From the NCBI GenBank assembly GCA_001600695.1, contig BCKQ01000015.1, forward strand, positions 1-64,000: a DNA stretch of 64,000 nucleotides, written 5' to 3'. This DNA is from Ascoidea asiatica JCM 7603 (Eukaryota > Fungi > Ascomycota). Of this stretch, positions 57,545 to 64,000 are shown one piece after another; position 1 is the first letter of the stretch; each line of letters begins with the position of its first letter. The notes beneath the pieces are model-generated. The model saw nothing but the letters and a program-made list of their open reading frames with translations, had not been told where the DNA came from and ran no database searches. A program made the position numbers and the translations under genes.

Positions 57545-60500
57545 CTATTTTATTTCCAAAGCATTGGTCTCACCCTTTTGTTCAATCATATTTGGAACAG
57601 ATTTATCAGTTATATTATCATTTGAAATATTTTTTGTATTGTCATTTTCAGTAGATTCAACAAGTAAAACATTTGTTTCCTCACTTATGCTAGCACTTGA
57701 ACTGTCATTATTTTCCACCACTTCTGGTTTTAATTTCTCTTTAGGTTTCCAACTCATATAACCTTCTCCTCCTTTTTCTAAAAAAACTTTATATCTTTCT
57801 GTACATTGATCGATTATTTCTTTATCCTCTATATCAACTTTCCAACCATAAACACTATCATTTAATAAAGATTCTAGTCTTTTTATTTGACCTTCTGTAT
57901 TAACTGTCTCAGCTCGATTGAATACAGAATACCTTGTATATTCATCATATGTACCTTCTTCAAATTTAAGCTTATAAGTTTCAGGAGAAACTGAAACTTT
58001 TAATTGAGAATCAGCATAACCTTCAATATCTTCTTCCGGATTTTCTTCAATATTATCTGTTAAAAAGGGCATTTTTACATATTCTATTGGTATACCTTCC
58101 GTTGGATGTGCTATTAAATAACTAGTTAAATAATAATCCCACTTTTCTTCTTTTGTTTCTTGAGTTAAAGTTTGATCATCTAAAGCCACAAACTGGATGC
58201 ATACATGTTCATTTGATTTATTATACTGAATATTGAACATATTTTCTTCACTACCCATCAATGATCTTACTCTCATTCTATAAATAATTTGATCTTTAGT
58301 AGAAAAACTTTCTGAAGTACGATCACCTTCAAATAACATCATCATTTCTGAAAGTTTATAATCAGAAATTATAGAATGCATATGCTTAGCTAATCCTTGC
58401 ATAACTTTATCAACAGAAAATAATTTGAAAGCTTTATTACGATAACCTTGTCTCAAAGTTTCTTCAAACCATTGTCTTTCTATGTCTCCTTCGATTAATT
58501 TACAAGATAACTCTATAACTTGTTTATATGGATCATTTCCTGTTATTTCAATTCCCATATCCTTTATCTGATGTGATATTAATCCTAAATCTTTGGCAAA
58601 TTTAGTTTCTACTGTATTAATTAGAAGATCACTTGTTTCTTTATTCATTATTTTAATTTCTTCAAGTCTTTCATAAATGGTTCTTAAGAAACGGAAAAAT
58701 ACATAAATCTGTGAACTGCAAAATAAATTGAAATTATTTCTGCATATAGAATTAGATGATTTATTGCTTTTATCACCTATCCTTGAATTAGGTAAAGTTT
58801 CAACCCATAGTTCACCCGCTTTTTCAATTTCGGCTGGAATTTCTAGCTCTTCAAGTGATTTAGGTGGTGATGATGGGCTTTCGCTATAATTTTTCTTTGA
58901 TCGTTTGCTATTAAATTTCAAAACATTTTTCAATAAATCTTCTCTTCCTCTTTTCCCCTTTTTGATAGTTAAAGAAGTAGTAACAACAGTGGAAGAAACA
59001 GAACCTGAACCCTCAACAGGAATTTTATGTACTTTATTTAAAACGTTTTCATCTAAATTAAAGAATAATTCAAGAAAACATGAATAAAAATTAGTGATTC
59101 TGCTTTTATCACTTACAGAATATGGAGTATTATTATTGAGATATGAGCAGATTAATCGTGAGATATCAATGAATATATCTTTATCTTTAAAATCATAATC
59201 TAATTGTTCTTGAGGCTTTGGTGTTAACGGATTCATCATTTTCTTAAGATTATTCTGTTCTATTTTAATCGCACTAATTTCTGAAACAAGTTGCTTAGTT
59301 GTTAATAGCTTCTTATCAGTTTGCTTGAAGGTTAATCCTAAATGATCCAAACTCTTATAGAATACTTTTTGTTCTTGCTCTCTCCAAACTTTATTCCATT
59401 CTCTATGAGCTATTTTCCATTCTTCATCTTTTTGTTTCAATCTCTTTAAAACAAGCGGAATAGAAAATGCCGGCCTTTCATGTATAGCATCAATAACTTC
59501 AAACCCTTTTTCTTTATCATAAATTTTTCTAATAATTTTTTTATAGATAGTTAAAGAAGTATGGCCTAAACCTGGTTCTAGCTTGAAATTTTCTTTTTCT
59601 TTTGCACTCATAGTTTGAATTCTCGCATTAATTGCTTCAAGAGTTTGAATAGTTCTTGTATTTGATTCCATATAAAAATCATATTCATGTCTTGACTCCT
59701 CTATATTGAATAGTATATCTTCATAAGTATTTTTTTTATGCGCTACAAAACCTGAATCTTCAGAAGCCCATATTGGATGGCCAACATATTCATCATTACA
59801 TACTTCCCAACATAATTCATCTCTGCCGGAGCATGGCATGTATGTTTCTGCCTTGGGCAATTTTCTGTATGAAGGACCACATGGTTCACATTTTTCTAAC
59901 AATAGCTTATGCTTCTTGAAACGAATTTCCTCAATATTTAAAGGTTCAAGACCATTGAATCCAATATAAGATTTGAACCAATCCATCAAATCCTGTTGAG
60001 CACCAATGAAAGCTTGAACTCTTCCTATTAAAACAAATTTATCAATAATATTTTGAGTATAAAGATTTATTAATTTTAAAAAATTATTATATGAAGATTT
60101 ATTTCCAATGAATTTTTTACACTTATCGAAAAAAGTTAATTCTTCAGTGAGAGCAGATTTACCTGGAGGTAACTTTCTGAGTGACTGTTTTTCTTTTTGA
60201 TCCTTCGGTTTATCTAATTTTTCTCTTTCGTGTTGTAAAATTGAGGGCCTTTTTGATTTTTGTAGACGAAGTTGTTCAAGTGATTGTTGATCGATTGACT
60301 GGGTAGGCCGTGGATTAGACCTTTGTTGCATAATAATTGGAGAGTATAAATGAGTTGAATTTCTTTCTGTAGAGATTGAATAGGAATCATTTTGATAAGA
60401 CGCCATATGAGAATTCATATTAGGATTGATATTAGAATTATTATTACGATTATTATTTATACTAGAATTAATATTAGGATTAGTATTTGTACCAATACCT

Positions 60501-62122
60501 GAGTTAATGTTAACATTTAGTTCGTTGTTTGTATTATCAATTATGTGAGAAATAGAACTTTGATTAGTTTGATTTCTTCTTCTTCTATGATCATTTAAGG
60601 GACTTGTAATTTGTTGTTGTTGATATTGATTAATAGAAAGACCATTGGACTGACTAGTTGATGGCATATGATTTTGATTGTTTAAAATAGAGGAATTGTT
60701 TTGTAATTGATTTGCAGTTGAAGGACGAGAAGCAGATGGAGGAGCAAAATTTCCAACTGGAGGCAAGTGAGAACTTGGAGGAGTTCTTTGAAGTGAATTA
60801 CTGTTACTGTAATCACGATTGAGATTATTCGAATTTAGATTTTGCTCACTCTGGGCCATTGGAGGTCTTAAATTATTCTGAATATTAGAATCATGATTGG
60901 ATTGAATCATGCCTTGTTGTAGTTGTTGTTGTTGCTGTTTTCGCTGAAGGTAGTAATAATCTTGCAGTAGTTGTAGTGAACTAGGTGGATTTATTGGGGG
61001 TTCAGTTGAAGAAGAAAGCGACGAATTATTATCGATAGGTAAAAATCTTTTGAAATCAGCAAGTAAATCAGGAGCATCAGTAAATAAAGTAGTGACTTCA
61101 TTATAAACTTCAAAAATTGGTTTTTCTTCTCTTTGATAATTTTGTAAGATTTCTAAAAATTGTTTATAAATTTCAGGCTGATTTGTAAACCTAACTTTAA
61201 CAAGATTAACATAAGAAATAGCATCATTAATTTCAACTTGACCTTGCTGTAATTGCATTGGAATTTGAATATTATGAGATAAATTTGGCTGTTGCATTTG
61301 AATTTGTTGTTGTTGAGGATGATTTTGAATATGATTATTGAAAGGTTGTTGTTGTTGTTGTGGGTGTTGTGGCTGTTGTGGCTGGTGTTGCAAAGAAATA
61401 TTATCTTGTTGATGAATTTGTTGTTGAATAGAAGGAATAATAGACTGATTTTGATGAAAATTTTGTTGTTGTTGCTGCTGTTGAAGTGAAATTCGCTCAT
61501 TAAGTTGCATTTGAGAAGGTTGTAAGCTATTCAGTTGATTTTCTGGATGAGATAGAGGAATAGAATTAGACTGAGAATGTTGTTGTTGAGATAAAAGTTG
61601 AGATTCAATTTGAGATTGAGAAGTATTTGAATTTACGTTTGTATTAGGATTGGGAATAGAAGATTGAGTAATAGTACCTCGTGGAGTAGTGACCCTTATT
61701 GAATGAGGATCAGAAGGATCAGTAGAACATTGAATACGATAGCCAGGAGGTAAAAAAGTATTAAACCCTTGAATTAAATTCTGATGCCCATAAAATAAAT
61801 TTGAAACTCGATTAATGACTTCTAATGTATCAATCCTATATCTCAGAGAAAATAGAAAAAAAAAAGTTGAAAAAAATGTTAGTTAGTACCGATACTTGAA
61901 ATAAATCGAAAAACTGGTGAAGTGGGTAAACGCTGATAAGCCCAAAAAGAAAAGCAATACATACTCTTGACGCTTAAATGCTTTCATTATTTCAAGAAAG
62001 GTATTATAGACATCAGGTTGTTGATTAAATTGTTCTTTAACATCATTTAAATATAATAAAGCATCGTCCATATTTAAAATTCTCATGTTTCCATGAGATT
62101 GATTATCCAGTATATGGTTCAT
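57545..62122 (-). CDS. SIN3: Sin3 corepressor scaffold; exons 62122-61965 and 61835-57545
   Basis: Intron GTATGT...TACTAAC (61888-61882)...TAG splits PAH1 ([13 protein letters not shown]...KRQE|[17 protein letters not shown]...[10 protein letters not shown]). The frame stays open into the 1321-aa ORF with PAH2, PAH3 and HID ([19 protein letters not shown]). Confidence 0.93.
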
Positions 62123-63147
62123 AGCTGAACCTAGTTGATTTTAAGATCTGAACAAAATTACAAAAAAGTATATGAAAGTGAATTAGAATTAAAACAAAGC
62201 AACGATAAGCAAATGATATTATATAATTTGATTTTAGTATATATGATAAATAGGAAAAGGTGATTTGTAATAAATATATATTGAAATTTCAAAATATCTA
62301 TAAAAGAGAAATCAGAGATAATGGATTTAAGAAATAAAGTAAGTTCAGTGCTTTACGGTACCATTCAATTTCAGTTACTACCGCAAGTGTAAAATATGAG
62401 TTACCCGCAATGCACGCAGTCTCAAAACGAGAAGCGCCGTGAAAGTGGTCTCATGGAAGGAATCTTTATCGCTGAACATAGCAAGAAATAAACCAGTTGA
62501 TCAAGATTAATTTATTATTGGTTTTATTCATTTGTTTTTCATAAGGAATTTTGAGTATCATTATACTGTATGATTTTTACATTTGAATACAAACTTCAAA
62601 TTAGATTTTTTTGATTTTTTTTAATTTTTTTAAATTTTAATCCGATAGATTATATGGGGTTCTAGGTTTCTTTTCTCAGTGATTAAATGAGGGAAATATC
62701 TTTTAAGCTATTTCTCAAGGATTTAATCAACTTCACTCAAAATGATGAATTTTCGAATACAAAAGTATTACAAATCCTAAATAATTGTTTGCTTCTCATC
62801 ATTTTGTAAGTATGTTTGTGTATTGTTTTGGAGTGTTTTCATCCTCTGCAACGTTTTCCGATTTTTCAACTCTTTAAAAAGCAATGGAAAATCAAAATCC
62901 GGTATTACACATGATAATATTTTCTAAAAAGGTAAACCGAGAGTATATATTTCCCTTATAGGAATAATACAGGCGACTGCATCAAAAGAGATAGTCACGA
63001 GGTCCAACACTGAAAATGGAAAAAAAAAAAATATTTAGAAAAATTAATTTTTTTTTCATGTTTCAATATTTCATATAAACAAACTATTTTTTTTTTATTT
63101 TAAAAATTTTAAAATATTTTATTTAATATTCATATCATCAAATTGAA

Positions 63148-64000
63148 ATGGCAAGAATTAAAAAGAGAAATGTTTCTGGAAATGCAAAGAATTTCATAAC
63201 TAGGACTCAAGCTGTTAAGAAGCTTCAAGTCAGTCTTGCTGATTTCAGAAGATTATGTATTTTCAAAGGAATTTATCCAAGAGAACCAAAAAATAAAAAA
63301 AAAGCAAATCATAGTTCAACAAAACCTGTAACCTTTTATTATTTTAAAGATATTCAATATTTATTACATGAACCTATTTTAAATCATTTTAGACAGCATA
63401 AAATTTTTTCAAGAAAATTATCAAAATTATTAAATAGAAATGAAATTTATAATGCAAAATTACTTAATGATGGAAATAAACCAATTATGAAGTTAGATCA
63501 TGTTATAAAAGAAAGGTATCCAACTTTTTTAGATGCTCTTCGTGATTTAGATGATGCTTTAAATATGATATTTTTATTTGCTAACATGCCTCCAACCTCA
63601 ATTTCCCATAACTTTAAAATTAGTAATAAAATTATCAATAATTGTGAAAGAATATCAAATCATTGGATGGCATATAATGCAAAAACTAAGTCTTTAAGAA
63701 AAGTTTTTGTTTCTATCAAAGGTGTTTATTATGAATCAATCATAAAAGGTCAAAATGTATTTTGGCTTGTACCTTTTAAATTTCCTCAAAATATTCCAAC
63801 TGATATCGATTTTAGAATCATGGCAACTTTTTTAGAATTTTATATTACTCTTTTAAATTTCATTTTATTTAAATTATTTACTGATGAAGGACTTATTTAT
63901 CCTCCTCCAATTGATCATAAAATATTCAAATCTATCGGTGGTTTATCTTCTTATTTATTAGGTAATGAAAATGATCTAAAATCCAAAGAATCCGGTTTAG
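63148..64000 (+). CDS. NOP7: Pescadillo homologue, 5' part (runs off the window end)
   Basis: ATG 63148: [47 protein letters not shown]...[18 protein letters not shown]. It is absent from the ORF track because it has no stop in the window. Confidence 0.96.
   Translation, partial: MARIKKRNVSGNAKNFITRTQAVKKLQVSLADFRRLCIFKGIYPREPKNKKKANHSSTKPVTFYYFKDIQYLLHEPILNHFRQHKIFSRKLSKLLNRNEIYNAKLLNDGNKPIMKLDHVIKERYPTFLDALRDLDDALNMIFLFANMPPTSISHNFKISNKIINNCERISNHWMAYNAKTKSLRKVFVSIKGVYYESIIKGQNVFWLVPFKFPQNIPTDIDFRIMATFLEFYITLLNFILFKLFTDEGLIYPPPIDHKIFKSIGGLSSYLLGNENDLKSKESGL

Noticed and set aside
62123-62365. Extra upstream SIN3 exon or 5' UTR intron
   Set aside because: Acceptor-like signals exist, but I found no canonical donor and there is an in-frame stop just upstream of the ATG.
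1-64000. CRISPR arrays, LTR/Ty elements, rRNA or tRNA genes, and antisense shadow ORFs within real genes
   Set aside because: The repeats are head-to-tail without unique spacers. No gag/pol/transposase or structured RNA signature was recognised. Shadow ORFs reflect codon bias of the opposite-strand gene.

Overview
Eukaryotic DNA from a very AT-rich budding yeast (Saccharomycotina). The Asn-rich low-complexity proteins, several spliceosomal introns and a retained Moco gene fit a non-Saccharomyces lineage, and Ascoidea-like is only a guess. I can support 30 protein-coding genes, almost all housekeeping: ILV3, INA22, an 825-aa orphan, a MOCS2A/CnxG sulfur carrier, a Zn2Cys6 protein, SLD5, TUF1, RPS17, SYN8, LEU5, CBK1, SET2, PRT1, RCE1, PRP3, PRP40, ARC19, SEC11, RIA1, BET3, PAH1, MPO1, IME4, CRS1, CCT3, RPS12, SWF1, BIO2, SIN3 and the 5' part of NOP7. 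Five of them (RPS17, ARC19, PAH1, CCT3, SIN3) have introns that the ORF track misses, and I reconstructed these. I found no tRNA, rRNA, transposon or CRISPR. The most interesting signals are non-coding or compositional: (i) sharp GC-rich islands every few kb that override codon usage and even amino-acid composition of overlapping genes, with AT-rich flanks whose G/C skew appears to flip across the island (hotspot- or origin-like); (ii) a recurrent intergenic pseudo-palindrome TTAC(G/C)GTAA; (iii) a 17-bp tandem repeat at position 1 that could be telomeric; (iv) promoter minisatellites built from TF-site-like units; (v) CTG codons seen only in unconserved positions, which may hint at an altered CUG code. 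Gene identities come from recalled family motifs, not database searches.
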